A program made the position numbers and the translations under genes. This document shows positions 36,899 through 47,219 of a DNA stretch of 64,000 bases, piece by piece. This stretch comes from Dehalococcoidales bacterium (lineage in GTDB: Bacteria; Chloroflexota; Dehalococcoidia; Dehalococcoidales; Fen-1064). The DNA lies in NCBI GenBank assembly GCA_020342155.1, contig CP070842.1, forward strand, positions 555,930 through 619,929, read 5' to 3'. Numbering within the stretch: position 1 is the first letter of the stretch; each line of letters starts with the position of its first letter. The notes below the pieces were generated by a model. The model was not told the DNA's origin and did no database searches. It saw nothing but the letters and a program-made list of their open reading frames with translations.

Positions 36899-37798
36899 TT
36901 GCAGACTCGAATCGCTGCGCAGGAGCAGACAGTGACGAACACCTGGCATGATACAGTCAGGAACTATATTGAGATACTAAAGCCTCGTGAGACCAGCCTG
37001 ATAGTCTTAATCGGTGCTTGTGCTGCAGTACTGGCCGGAGACGGGCATCCTCCATTGGACAGACTGGTGCTTGTTCTGGTAGCACTGCTCTTTGCCAGCG
37101 CCGGTGCCAATGGGTTAACCAACTACCTGGACCGTCATATCGATGCCAAAATGCAACGCACCAGACATAGAGTTTTACCGTCAAAACGCATCCACCCCGC
37201 AGAAAAGGTGTTACCACTAATACTAAGCCTGTTCATTGCCGGCCTGAGTCTGGCATGGTACCTGCACTTTTTTTGTTTTCTAGCCGGCTTGGGGGGCACA
37301 CTAGCAGCCATCGTGTGGCGCAAACGGTGGACGTGCGTCTTTCCGCAAGGCGTACTTGCTAGCTGTGCCCCCGCCCTGGCTGCATGGTTCGCTATTAGAG
37401 CAAGCCCCAGCTGGTTACTGATATCGCTATGCCTGGTTATCGCCATCTGGGTACCACTGCATCTCTGGAGTATCATGATAACCTGGCGGGACGACTATCT
37501 TGGCGCCGGAATATCTTTCTTTCCGTTGAACCTCAAGACAGACGAGGCAGCCAAAATTCTGGTAGGGCTCAGCCTACTTCTGTACAGCGCTTCTATCGCC
37601 GCTTGTTTTATAAGTAAATCCTCATGGATATCTGTGGTGATGGTCAATCTGATGGGTATTATACTGGTCTATACCAGCATACGGCTGGCTACTTCAATCT
37701 CTTCAAAGCGCTCCTGGAGACTGTATAAACTATCTGCTTTTCCCTACATGGGTTTGGTATTCATGGCTATGTGCCTGGATACTTTGGTGCGAGGTTGA
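36899..37798 (+). CDS. UbiA-family prenyltransferase (heme O synthase CtaB/CyoE-like)
   Basis: YIEILKPRET..., NYLDRHIDAKMQRTRHRVLPSKRI Asp-rich motif, ~8 TM. TTG start is uncertain. Confidence 0.65.
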   Translation: MQTRIAAQEQTVTNTWHDTVRNYIEILKPRETSLIVLIGACAAVLAGDGHPPLDRLVLVLVALLFASAGANGLTNYLDRHIDAKMQRTRHRVLPSKRIHPAEKVLPLILSLFIAGLSLAWYLHFFCFLAGLGGTLAAIVWRKRWTCVFPQGVLASCAPALAAWFAIRASPSWLLISLCLVIAIWVPLHLWSIMITWRDDYLGAGISFFPLNLKTDEAAKILVGLSLLLYSASIAACFISKSSWISVVMVNLMGIILVYTSIRLATSISSKRSWRLYKLSAFPYMGLVFMAMCLDTLVRG

Positions 37799-37895
37799 AG
37801 AGGCACGGCTGCGTTTACTCTGGGATAGCTCGGCTAAATGTACCACACTGAGTCTACGTATCACGTATAACCCTAGGAATTATTAGAGGGAAAAA

Positions 37896-38690
37896 ATGAG
37901 TAAGACACGTTCTACCAGCGGGGACTTGACAACTTCGGCGAAAAAACGTGATTTCCAGCACCTGGGTATTCTCGCCCTGATGATGGTATTTTGCAGCGTC
38001 TTCTATTATTTCGGGGAAATAATAGACCTGACAGGATGGGAAGGCCTACGCTGGAGCTTCTTTTACAGTGTGCATGATGTGCACCGACTCCTTTTTCTCA
38101 TTCCCATAATCTACGCTGGCTATTTCCTCGGATACAAAGCGACTGCACTGGTCACCATTGTTGCCGTTGGTACCTGTCTGCCCCGCGCCCTTTTCATATC
38201 GACTTTTCCTGACCCACTGCTGCGGCCGGTGCTTTTCATCATAGTGGCCAGCGTGCTCGGCTATTTCGCTGCCAGAGTACGTGACCTATCAAAAAAACAG
38301 CACCGCTCTAAAGTTTTACTTAATAATAAGATAGACAGGCTTTCGGCCATACTGGAGGGAATAGGGATAGGAGTCCTTATCATTGGTCCAGACTACAGCA
38401 TTCGTTTTTACAACCGAAACTTAATACGAGATTTCGGTGAAGTTACAAAGTCCCATTGCTACGAATATTTACACGGACTTGATGCACCATGCCACCCGGT
38501 CTGTAAACTGTCGGATGTCATAAACGGGGCAGTTGAACGTTGGGAATATGTATTTCCAGACGGTAGAACATTTGAGATATCCGCTTCACCTCACATTGAT
38601 TCCGATGGCGTAACCTGTCAATTGTCAGTACTCAGAGATATTACACGCTACAGAAAGGGTGACGCAGAACCAGCTGGTCCGACCAACTGA
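37896..38690 (+). CDS. Stand-alone membrane sensor: LPRALFIS-type TM module + Cys-containing PAS-like domain, no output domain
   Basis: The N-terminal ~130 aa align with the N-termini of the kinases at 39098, 50377 and 53447. C-terminal GIGVLIIGPDYSIRFYN...CYEYLHG...CHPVC is PAS-like. Confidence 0.6.
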   Translation: MSKTRSTSGDLTTSAKKRDFQHLGILALMMVFCSVFYYFGEIIDLTGWEGLRWSFFYSVHDVHRLLFLIPIIYAGYFLGYKATALVTIVAVGTCLPRALFISTFPDPLLRPVLFIIVASVLGYFAARVRDLSKKQHRSKVLLNNKIDRLSAILEGIGIGVLIIGPDYSIRFYNRNLIRDFGEVTKSHCYEYLHGLDAPCHPVCKLSDVINGAVERWEYVFPDGRTFEISASPHIDSDGVTCQLSVLRDITRYRKGDAEPAGPTN

Positions 38691-38805
38691 AATGAAGGCG
38701 GCTCAGTGAATATCTCATGATGTACCTCATGTTTTTACTGCTTCCATCCGCTCGATTACCTGAAATCGAGCGGGAACCCTCATTTTTATTGAGGCAAGCT
38801 CGACC

Positions 38806-39036
38806 ATGGGATTAGAATGGATTCTTCAACTGGTGCTATTTGGTGTACTTCACTGGGCATTGGCAGCATTGCTGTTGCAGGACCTGGCCAACAGAAAGCA
38901 GGTAGTGGGGAAGCGAAAAGCACCATGGGCGATAGCTATAATGTTCGTCACCTTTGTTGGGTCACTGGTATACATGCTATGTCATCCCCGGGTCTTCTTA
39001 GAAGATGACACCGATGAGAACAATACCGAGCGATGA
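38806..39036 (+). CDS. Small PLDc_N-domain-like membrane protein
   Basis: 76 aa, two TM, ...KAPWAIAIMFVTFVGSLVYML pattern. Confidence 0.55.
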   Translation: MGLEWILQLVLFGVLHWALAALLLQDLANRKQVVGKRKAPWAIAIMFVTFVGSLVYMLCHPRVFLEDDTDENNTER

Positions 39037-39097
39037 CTATTTGAGCGAAGTGCAGTCTTTCTCTTGGTCGGAGATGGCGATCTGTCTTGATACCAAC

Positions 39098-40768
39098 TCA
39101 TGTCACCTGCTTTGGCAATACTACTTTAATAGATGTCCCCCTACCTGGCTCAGACAACATCTTCAGGCTTCCACCCAGCAATCGTACCCTTTCCTGCATC
39201 CCCACCAGGCCGAGTTTACCCAGAGGAGCGAGGTCAGCCACTCGCTCTGGTAATTCGAAGCCCTTGCCGTTATCTCTAATAGTTAAGAGTGTACTGTCGT
39301 CACCATACTCTAGCACGACCCAGGCTTGCGATGCCTCGGAATGCTTCCAAACATTTCTCAACGCCTCTTGTGCTATGCGGAACAAGACCAGCTCTACCTC
39401 AGGGGCAAAACGATTGACCGAACCTGTTACTTGCACCTCGATAGCTATCCCGAAATGCTGTTCCAGATCGGAAGCCAGCCATTCTAAGGCTGGTACCAGT
39501 CCCAAGTCATCCAGTATTGATGGTCGCAGGTCCTGACTGAAACGTCGCACCCCTTCCAGTGCCTTGTCCGCCTGTTGTCGGAGTTCCTCTAATAACACCA
39601 TGTCCTGTGATGATAAGCCCTTGCCACCGGCAATAAAAATATCCAACCGTCGTGAGAGAGCTACTAAATCCTGAGCAGTCTCATCATGAAGCTCCCGGGC
39701 AATACGCCTTCGCTCTTCTTCCTGTGCCCTAGTTACCTGCTGAAGATAGAAAGTTAGGCTCTCTCGCATCTGCTTCTCCTTCTCCGCATCGCTGGCAATC
39801 TGCTCTGCCATTATGCGCTGATTATAATAGAGACGGGCATTATCCACAGCTACCCCAATGTGACTGGCAATATGAGAAAGGAGTTCTACATCCTCCTGTA
39901 CAAACTCGCGAGGACCACGAGTGGCCACACATAGTGTACCCGTAACCCTGCCTTCGGCCTTCAGCGGAGCAATTATCTCAGCCCGGATACCATCCTTCCT
40001 GACCACCTCTCTGGTCAGCCTGGGATCAGCAGAGGTGTCCTTAACTACCAATGACTCACCCGTCTGGGCAACCTGCCCGTTGAACCCTTCGCCCACCTTC
40101 AGCCTGCTTAGTTCCGCCACCAGCTCCTCAGAGACTCCAAGGTGTATTTTAGGTTCAAGCCCTTGGGTTTTTTCATCCAGCAGGAAAGCCAGGACCACCT
40201 CCACATCCATTACTTCTGCGACCTTGTCTGCAGCAGCGTGCAGGATAGCCTCTAACTCCAGGGATTGACCAAGAACATCTGAAACCTCGTTTAAAGCAGC
40301 CAATCGTCTCTCGTTTTTCTGTATGGACTCGAGATACGACTGCAGTTCACCCTGGGCTACTGCCAATTTTTGCAGTGCCAGTTGAGTGCGGTTTTTCTCT
40401 CTTCTGTAGAGCTCAAACCACAGGTTTACTAACCCACCGACAATTATTACAGCACAGACCTCCACTACAGCATCGCGTGAGACTGTCGAAATCAATATAG
40501 CGCGAGGCAACATAATGGCCAGAGCCACTGTAGTAGCAGCCAGAAATCCCCGCATACCAAAGATAAAGGATGCATAGGAAATGGGTAAAAGAAAAAGGAT
40601 TCGCTCAAGGGCATGCCGGGTCAGACCTAACGCTGGTGAGATAGACGGTAGCAGGGATTCTTCAGGATAGTGAAAGATGGCTCCGATGACAAACATCACC
40701 GTCAAAATCCACAAGTGGATACCCATGACTAAAATACGTCGATTCGCTGATTCTGGTTCTTCTCTCAC
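39098..40768 (-). CDS. Sensor histidine kinase (LPRAILIS TM module + GAF + HisKA_3 + HATPase_c)
   Basis: ARELHDETAQ H-box (NarX/DegS type), GAF-like central region, C-terminal ATPase motifs. Confidence 0.9.
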   Translation of the reverse strand: MREEPESANRRILVMGIHLWILTVMFVIGAIFHYPEESLLPSISPALGLTRHALERILFLLPISYASFIFGMRGFLAATTVALAIMLPRAILISTVSRDAVVEVCAVIIVGGLVNLWFELYRREKNRTQLALQKLAVAQGELQSYLESIQKNERRLAALNEVSDVLGQSLELEAILHAAADKVAEVMDVEVVLAFLLDEKTQGLEPKIHLGVSEELVAELSRLKVGEGFNGQVAQTGESLVVKDTSADPRLTREVVRKDGIRAEIIAPLKAEGRVTGTLCVATRGPREFVQEDVELLSHIASHIGVAVDNARLYYNQRIMAEQIASDAEKEKQMRESLTFYLQQVTRAQEEERRRIARELHDETAQDLVALSRRLDIFIAGGKGLSSQDMVLLEELRQQADKALEGVRRFSQDLRPSILDDLGLVPALEWLASDLEQHFGIAIEVQVTGSVNRFAPEVELVLFRIAQEALRNVWKHSEASQAWVVLEYGDDSTLLTIRDNGKGFELPERVADLAPLGKLGLVGMQERVRLLGGSLKMLSEPGRGTSIKVVLPKQVT

Positions 40769-40796
40769 AGCATCTCCAGTGTATCTACGTATGAAG

Positions 40797-41459
40797 TCAG
40801 GATATGTCCTCTAGGCTGAACCACCCCTCTTTTAACCCTCGTAGAATGGCCTCAGTGCGTGAGCCGACCCCTAATTTATCGAAGATACGGGCGAGGTGAC
40901 CCTGTACAGTTCGGACGCTGAGATAGAGCTTATCAGCAATATCGCCGTTGCTCAGACCTTTGGCTGCCAGCATGAGTACTTCAAGCTCTCTCTCAGTAAG
41001 GGATGCAGGAGCAACCTGACCAGCCCCCTGCTTGGATGGCATGAAACGCCGCAGGACCTTGCTCGCAATTGCCGGATGAAGCACTGACTCGCCATGATAA
41101 ACCGAGCGAATTGCCTCTACCAGTTCAGAGCCACGTACATTCTTCAACAGGTAACCAGCCGCTCCCGCCTCGAGGAGGCTGAAGACATATCTGTCATTGT
41201 CATATACTGTCAGGACCAGCACGGCAGTGGAAGGAACAGCCTCCTTCAGTCGCCTGGTGGCTTCGATGCCATTAAGCTTTGGCATAGCAATATCCATAAT
41301 GGCGACATCGGGTTTGAGTCTGATGACTTGCTCAACAGCCTCTTCACCATCGCCTGCCTCGGCTACCACCTCCATGTCGCTTTCGGCTTCAAGGACCCGG
41401 CGGGTACCCTCACGGACTATAGCATGGTCATCAGCCAGCAATATTCTGATCTTCTCCAT
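40797..41459 (-). CDS. NarL/LuxR-family response regulator
   Basis: MEKIRILLADDH...GEAGDGEEAV...MPKLNG; LuxR HTH LTERELEVLMLAAKGLSNGDIA. Confidence 0.9.
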   Translation of the reverse strand: MEKIRILLADDHAIVREGTRRVLEAESDMEVVAEAGDGEEAVEQVIRLKPDVAIMDIAMPKLNGIEATRRLKEAVPSTAVLVLTVYDNDRYVFSLLEAGAAGYLLKNVRGSELVEAIRSVYHGESVLHPAIASKVLRRFMPSKQGAGQVAPASLTERELEVLMLAAKGLSNGDIADKLYLSVRTVQGHLARIFDKLGVGSRTEAILRGLKEGWFSLEDIS

Positions 41460-41485
41460 GCAACCTCTCCTCGTAGATAGTGCAG

Positions 41486-42664
41486 CTAGTTGGAACCTGC
41501 CTCAGTGATAGCCCCTTCTTTATTACCTGGGCCCATTGGTAGAAGCCGATTAGCCAGCCAGATGACAAGCATGGCATCGGCGACGAGTCCGGCTGATACG
41601 GCAAACTCCATCCAGTAAGGGAAATAGGTGAAATCTGGCCGTATACCAAGAGCCAGCATACTTACGTTGAAACGGTTGAATATCAGTCCTACTACAACCA
41701 GCGTCGCCGTCCAGAACAGCCATGTCCTGCTTTGTCTCACACTGGGCATGGAGAATAGGACGATTGGCAGGATAGCACCAATAACCATTTCTCCCCACCA
41801 GAGCAGGTTCTCCGGATAGGCTGTAAAGATTAGCGTCAGGTCTCCCCTGGCCAGCAGGTCTACTATTTTCAGTAAAAGATAAACACTCAGTATATAGGCG
41901 GTCATTTTGCCCAGGCCGCTGAAGATATCAAGACTTAAACGGTGGCCGAAGACCCGGCTGCTCAGCGTTGACTCGAACATCACCATCGCCGGTCCCACTG
42001 CAATGGCCGAATTAAGAAAAAGTATTGGTAGTATCGGTGTGTACCAAAGGGTGTGAAGGGTCTCTGGCATCATTAGCAGCATTGACCCCAAGGATGACTG
42101 GTGCAGAGTGGAAAGGACAATGCCGGCAATCACCAAGGGTATCTGTATTGCCCGGATAATGCGCATAGGAATTTGCCACTTGAATCGTTTTATTATGGGC
42201 AGGTCGGATTTACTTAAGGCCTCAAAAACCACCGGGCTGAACTCTAGGGCAAGTACAATGGTGTAGGTCATGACACACAATGACACTTCAAACATTGGGG
42301 AGTGGATGTTCCAGTTAAAAAGGAAGCGCCAGATGTACCAGGGCTGTCCCAGGTCCACCAGCAGGGCAAGTATCACCAGAGTATAGCCCAAGAACGCAGT
42401 CAGGATTGCCGGTCTCGCCACGGCATGGTATTTTTCGCGTCTGAAGATATACACAATCCCCGCCAGGGTGAACCCGCCAGCTGCCAGGGCGACGCCACAA
42501 TACAGGTCGAAGCTTATCCAGAGCCCCCAGGCACGACCATCACTGAGGTTGGTCGTTGCCCCCAGTCCATTGATATAGCGGAGTATCATGGTTATCAGCC
42601 CAATCAGAACCACAGTTGTCAGGATAAGTGTGCCAACCGGGATTGAACGTTTGTTTATCTTCAT
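41486..42664 (-). CDS. nrfD: NrfD/PsrC-family integral membrane quinone-interacting subunit
   Basis: 392 aa, ~10 TM. Start overlaps the stop of the Fe-S subunit gene (ATGA). Confidence 0.8.
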   Translation of the reverse strand: MKINKRSIPVGTLILTTVVLIGLITMILRYINGLGATTNLSDGRAWGLWISFDLYCGVALAAGGFTLAGIVYIFRREKYHAVARPAILTAFLGYTLVILALLVDLGQPWYIWRFLFNWNIHSPMFEVSLCVMTYTIVLALEFSPVVFEALSKSDLPIIKRFKWQIPMRIIRAIQIPLVIAGIVLSTLHQSSLGSMLLMMPETLHTLWYTPILPILFLNSAIAVGPAMVMFESTLSSRVFGHRLSLDIFSGLGKMTAYILSVYLLLKIVDLLARGDLTLIFTAYPENLLWWGEMVIGAILPIVLFSMPSVRQSRTWLFWTATLVVVGLIFNRFNVSMLALGIRPDFTYFPYWMEFAVSAGLVADAMLVIWLANRLLPMGPGNKEGAITEAGSN

Positions 42665-43467
42665 TTAGGCACTCCTACCCGCTCCTTATCATCTGGGGTG
42701 ACTGCCCCTCCAGACCCCTGTCGACGTTTCACCAGCCAGTAAATGCCGGACATGAGTGCTGCCACGCCTACAAGCACGGGTGGAACGGCACCCATGGCAC
42801 GTTCAACGTTAACCGTCACCGCCTCCGAGCCGACAACTGGCATTCCGAGCATATCGAAAGGAACGGGGGAGAGGTACAGCCAGGACGTACCACCAACTTC
42901 CTCTTCTCCATATACATGGTTCACATATTTGCTTGGTTCGGCAGCAATACGCTGGTGGGCTTCAGCAATAAGGGCATCACGCTCGCTAAACTTGAGTGCG
43001 CCTGAGGGGCACGCTGTTACACAAGCAGGTTTGAGTCCACCAGTCTGACGGTCTGCACAAAAGGTACACTTGCGCACCCAGGGTGTCGGGTCGTCCCACT
43101 GATAGGCCGGGATACCGAAAGGACAGGCAACCATACAATAGCGGCAACCAATACATTTGTGGTCGTCGTACAAGACTGGCCCCTCCTCCGTTTTCTGGAA
43201 AGCTCCCACCAGGCAGGCAGCAGCACAGGCCGGATGCTCACAGTGCATGCACTGGATTTTGGTAAAAACCCAGTGGAATTTGCCGTCATAGTCTGCCTCA
43301 CTAAAGTGGACTTTGGTCAGTGTATAGGCTGTGGTCTTTGGTGGGTTTTCGTAGCTGCCGGTATTGGTGGTAGTTTCTCCCGGCATCTCGTTCCACTGCT
43401 TGCAGGCCACCTGACACGCCCGGCATCCTATGCACTTGTTGGCGTCACAGAGAACTGCTTTGCTCAT
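42661..43467 (-). CDS. fdnH: FdnH/PsrB-like 4x[4Fe-4S] subunit with C-terminal TM helix
   Basis: CIGCRACQVACKQWN, CMHCEHPACAAAC, CIGCRYCMVACP, CTFC...CVTACP. Confidence 0.85.
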   Translation of the reverse strand: MSKAVLCDANKCIGCRACQVACKQWNEMPGETTTNTGSYENPPKTTAYTLTKVHFSEADYDGKFHWVFTKIQCMHCEHPACAAACLVGAFQKTEEGPVLYDDHKCIGCRYCMVACPFGIPAYQWDDPTPWVRKCTFCADRQTGGLKPACVTACPSGALKFSERDALIAEAHQRIAAEPSKYVNHVYGEEEVGGTSWLYLSPVPFDMLGMPVVGSEAVTVNVERAMGAVPPVLVGVAALMSGIYWLVKRRQGSGGAVTPDDKERVGVPK

Positions 43468-43468
43468 G

Positions 43469-46400
43469 TTAAGCCCTCCTTATGTTGCATAGGAAGGTCT
43501 TGTACTCCGGGATGGTAGTGTTAGCATCGCCGACGTGCGGAGTAAGAATATTACCGCTATCGCCCTTAGCCATACCGCTGTATCCAAAGTGCCAGATTAC
43601 GCCGATGTGGTAAATGGTCTTGCCACCCACCGTCAGCGGCGGGAAGCGTTTGGTCACGATGGCCACGGCGCTAATCTCTCCCCGGGCAGTACTGACTGTC
43701 ACCATGTCTCCGTTCTCAATACCCTTGTCTGCGGCCAGTTCTTCACCCATCTCTACATACATATTGGGCATGAGCTCCACCAGCCAGGGGAGGTTCCTCG
43801 TCATGATGCCGGTCTGCCAGTGTTCGGTGCAGCGGTATGTGGTGCCCACATAAGGATACTGCTCAGGTGTTCCCTGCTGATTGCGATATGTGCCGATAAA
43901 GGAGCAGGGATTAATCTTGGTGCCCGACATCAGGTTTTCATCCAGAGGGCTTTCCCAGGGCTCATAAACCTCCGGCACTGGCCCCTCGGCCAGGCCGTAA
44001 CCCCAGAGACGTGCCACCCCTTCCGGTTTCATAATAAAGGGGAGGTACTTTGCCCCGTTCCCGGCTTGGTTGATTGGAGGCCAGCCCCCATCGGCGATAT
44101 CGCCCTGCCATTTCCCCTGACCGTACGAGATGACCGGGTGTTCACTGTCCCAGGGCACCCCATCAAGGTCAACCGAAGCCCGGTTATAGATAATACGTCG
44201 GTTGACCGGCCAGCACCAGGCCCAGTTGGAATACAGACCGATTTGCTGGGGATGCGTATCCACCGGGTCAGTTTTCTTGGCCTTATTGCCGTCTGTCTCG
44301 GTATACATGTTACAGTAGAGCCAGTTTCCCGAACTGGTAGTACCATCATCCTTGAGGGAGCCGAAGCTGGCCATCAACTGGCCGGTTGAGTCATAGCCGT
44401 TTATCTCTCTTGCTACCGCATCGGCCGTGATGTGGCTCCCATAGTCCCAGTCCAGCTCCACGACTGGCTTCGCCAGCGGACGGCTGTCCGCCTGATAAAG
44501 CTCTTTCAGCTTCAGCATAACCAGGTTCATAATCTCAAGGTCAGGCATTGCCTCTCCCGGAGCTTCCACCGCTTTATAGCGCCATTGTGCCCAGCGGCCG
44601 CTGTTAGTGATGCTCCCCTCCTTTTCGTAAGAGCAGGCCGCCGGGAGGATGAATACCTCGGTCTTGATATCAGCCGGTGCAACCCCAGGTCTCTTCCAGA
44701 ACTCGGCTGTCTCGTTCATCCATATATCAGCGGCGACCAGCCAGTCCAGGTTTGCCAGAGCAGCACGCGCCCCGTTAGAATTGGGGCCACCCGATGCCGG
44801 GTTCTGTCCCCAGTTCCAGAGTCCCTTAATTGTGCCCTGACCCATCGCCTCAATCATCCCGATGTGAGTGTAATTCAGACTGGGGTCACGTTTCGGCAGG
44901 TAGTGAAAACAGAAATCATTACTTTGGGTAGCCGCATTGCCGTACCAGGCTTTGAGCAGGCTCACCACATACTTCTTGTAGTTGCCCCACCAGTTGGCAC
45001 TGGTGTCTCCGGCGAGGCCCTGAGGCGTGATGGTTGACGGGCGAGCTCGTCTGAGGTAGTCCTCAAGGTCAGCGTCACCCTCTACCGGAGCCACCAGGTA
45101 CCCTGGCAAGATGTGGCTTAGCAGACACATGTCAGTCGACCCCTGGACATTGGAGGTGCCACGTAGAGCGTTGATACCGCCTCCAGAAACACCCATGTTG
45201 CCCAGCAGGAGCTGGAGTATGCCATAGGCCCTGATATTCTGGGTGCCATAGGTATGCTGGGTAGCCCCCATAGCATACATGATGGTACCAGCCTTACCTC
45301 GCTGTCCGGTAGCACTGTATGTCCGGCATATCTCCCGATAAACATCCTTGGGGGTGCCGGTAATATTACAGACGGTATCGATGTCGTAGCGGGAGAAGTG
45401 ATTCTTAAGCAGTTGGAAGACACAGTTTGGGTTTTCTAGGGTGGGGTCTGTGTCTGGAGTGGCGGTATCGGCATATTGCCAGCTCCCCCTAGATGCGGCT
45501 GTGTACTTGCCATCCTCCACTTCACCAAAAAGCCCATCATGAAAGACAAATTCCTGATTGACGATAAAGGAGGCATTGGTGTACTGGATGATATATTCCA
45601 TATTGTAGTTGGCAGGATTATCCGCAATGTCATCGAGTACGTATTTTATCATTCCACCGATGAAGGCGATGTCTGTACCCGACCTCAGAGGTGCATAGAT
45701 ATCGGCCTTAGATGATGTCCGGGTGAAACGCGGATCAACATGGATAAGCTTGGCCCCCCTGGCCATTGCTTCCGACACCCACTTGAAGGATATAGGGTGG
45801 TTCTCCGCGGCATTAGAGCCAATTATCATGATGCAGTCGGCATTTTGGATATCAATCCAGTGATTGGTCATGGCCCCTCTACCAAAACTCTCCGCCAAAC
45901 TGGCGACGGTAGAGGAGTGTCAGAGCCGGGCACAGTGCTCTAGATATACCACTCCCAGTGCCCGGTTCATCTTGGCAAGCAGATAACACTCTTCGTTGTC
46001 CAGTTCACCACCGCCAAGGCAAGCAATCGCGTCAGTCCGGCCCATTGCTTCATTCCAAGACGCGTCACGGGTAGACTTGACCCTCTGGGCGATGGTATTT
46101 ATCATCCAGCCCCAAGACTTCTCCTCCCAGTCAGCCGAGTTCGGTGCCCGGTACAGGGGCGTGGTTAGGCGGTACGTGTTAGGTTTGCCATTTACTTGGT
46201 GAATCTGGGCCATAGCCAGCCCCTTGGGGCAGAGTGACCCCTCGTTGACGGGATGGTCAGGGTTCCCCTCTATCTTGATAATGCCATCCTCATAGTCGGC
46301 TACAATGGCCCCGCAACCAACCGAGCAGTAGCAGCAGATGGTGGCTGTCTCTTTGACCCTTGTCTTTAGCTGCAATTCCTTAGGAGCAGCAATTACAATC

Positions 46401-46483
46401 CCTTTCGTGTCAAAGGTGAGCACCGCTGCGGCACCGATTCCCGCCCCCGAGAACTTCAGAAAGTCTCTACGGTTTAGTCTCAC
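43469..46483 (-). CDS. fdnG: Tat-exported, selenocysteine-containing formate-dehydrogenase-type molybdopterin subunit (FdnG-like); in-frame TGA at 45920..45922
   Basis: ORFs 45920..46483 and 43469..45898 are in the same frame (3015 nt). RRDFLK Tat motif and CCYCSVGCG [4Fe-4S] motif. Junction reads EHCARL-TGA-HSSTVASLAESFGRGAMTNHW, the conserved Sec/Cys active-site context. A hairpin follows the TGA. Confidence 0.85.
45876..45922 (-). promoter_or_regulatory. UGA(Sec) codon plus putative SECIS hairpin
   Basis: mRNA reads UGA-CACU-CCUCUACC-G-UCGCC-AGUUU-GGCGG-AGAGUUUU-GGUAGAGG. The 8-bp lower stem and 5-bp upper stem start 4 and 13 nt after the UGA. Confidence 0.55.
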
Positions 46484-46609
46484 AAATCCTCTCCTCCTTT
46501 CTGCTTATCACGCTTCGTCGAGCGAGAAGCCAGTCAGGCGACCCTGCTTGACGACAAAGACATTCACGCACATATTTGCCCTTACGCTTCTTCCAGTAGA
46601 CCACTACTT

Positions 46610-46849
46610 TTACCACCATTTGTCCTGTGCACCTTTCACGGAAATCCACGTTTTTAACCGGTTATCCAGCTTGCCGACCCATGACTCTATCTTCGCGACA
46701 TCACCCCTTACCAGGGCTGTCATTTCCTCTGGGGTCAAATCATACTCCTGCAATACCTTGTAAGGATTCTCCACCAACCGGGCAAGAAATTTTTGGTCGC
46801 TGGCAGCTCTGGATAATATATCTATAATTACCTTTCGATCCGGTGGCAC
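46610..46849 (-). CDS. Small helical protein of unknown function (LigA-subunit-like motif), first gene of the FDH operon
   Basis: 79 aa, GTG start with GGAGGA 9 nt upstream. ...FLARLVENPYKVLQEYDLTPEEMTALVRGD resembles the LigA-like small-domain family (weak, from memory). Confidence 0.4.
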   Translation of the reverse strand: MPPDRKVIIDILSRAASDQKFLARLVENPYKVLQEYDLTPEEMTALVRGDVAKIESWVGKLDNRLKTWISVKGAQDKWW

Positions 46850-46868
46850 TCGTCCTCATCCTCCGCTC

Positions 46869-46921
46869 ATGCCAGCAAACCATAGCTCGCTTATTTTTAG
46901 CTAACGACGTTCTGCTGGCAT
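46869..46921 (-). other. 5'-leader hairpin (9-bp perfect stem ATGCCAGCA/TGCTGGCAT, 35-nt internally paired loop) ending 4 nt before the SD of 46610..46849
   Basis: Arms at 46869..46877 and 46913..46921. Lies between the predicted TSS (~46928) and the GGAGGA. Confidence 0.4.
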
Positions 46922-46934
46922 CTTAATTGTTATC

Positions 46935-47058
46935 AGATTAACACCAGGTAAAAAGTGGTTCATCCGCCACGAGGCCCATTCTCCCGAGTACACCTGGCTC
47001 ATTCTATGACTAAGCAATCTGTGCACATTGAAAGCCATCAGCAATATCGTCTGGGTCT
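46935..47058 (-). promoter_or_regulatory. Conserved promoter/operator module, copy C1 (-35 ATGAAC 46958..46963; TGT-TAATCT -10 46935..46940)
   Basis: About 85% identical to copy C2 over ~125 bp, with an exact 17-nt spacer. Drives the small-protein/Sec-FDH/NrfD/RR/HK operon. Confidence 0.65.
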
Positions 47059-47131
47059 TCGCGATCGGGATATTCAGCCAAGTTTATAGTGCTGCCAAAC
47101 GCACTTTCACCACGTTATTTATATAATGCAA

Positions 47132-47175
47132 AGAGAGTCTGGAGGCAGCCGTCTTAAACTGCTTCCGGACTCTCT
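47132..47175 (-). terminator. Long hairpin downstream of the SBP gene (candidate terminator)
   Basis: AGAGAGTC(TGG)...(CCG)GACTCTCT stem, followed on the minus strand by UUGCAUUAUAU. Confidence 0.45.
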
Positions 47176-47219
47176 TACTTTAGAATTTAAAGGTTTCTGG
47201 TAACTGGGCTACTTCCCAG

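Noticed and set aside
43535-44389. 284-aa ORF antisense to fdnG. Similar long antisense ORFs occur at 25133..25840 (in the nuoF-like gene), 14656..15372 (Mo enzyme), 60724..61293 (ribBA/ribE), 62704..63165 (the ribD start, the ribD-lepB spacer and the 5' end of lepB), 39087..39536 and 39921..40268 (kinase).
   Set aside because: These are shadow ORFs opposite well-supported genes, with skewed Arg/Pro/Gly/Ser-rich composition, no SD and no recognisable motifs.
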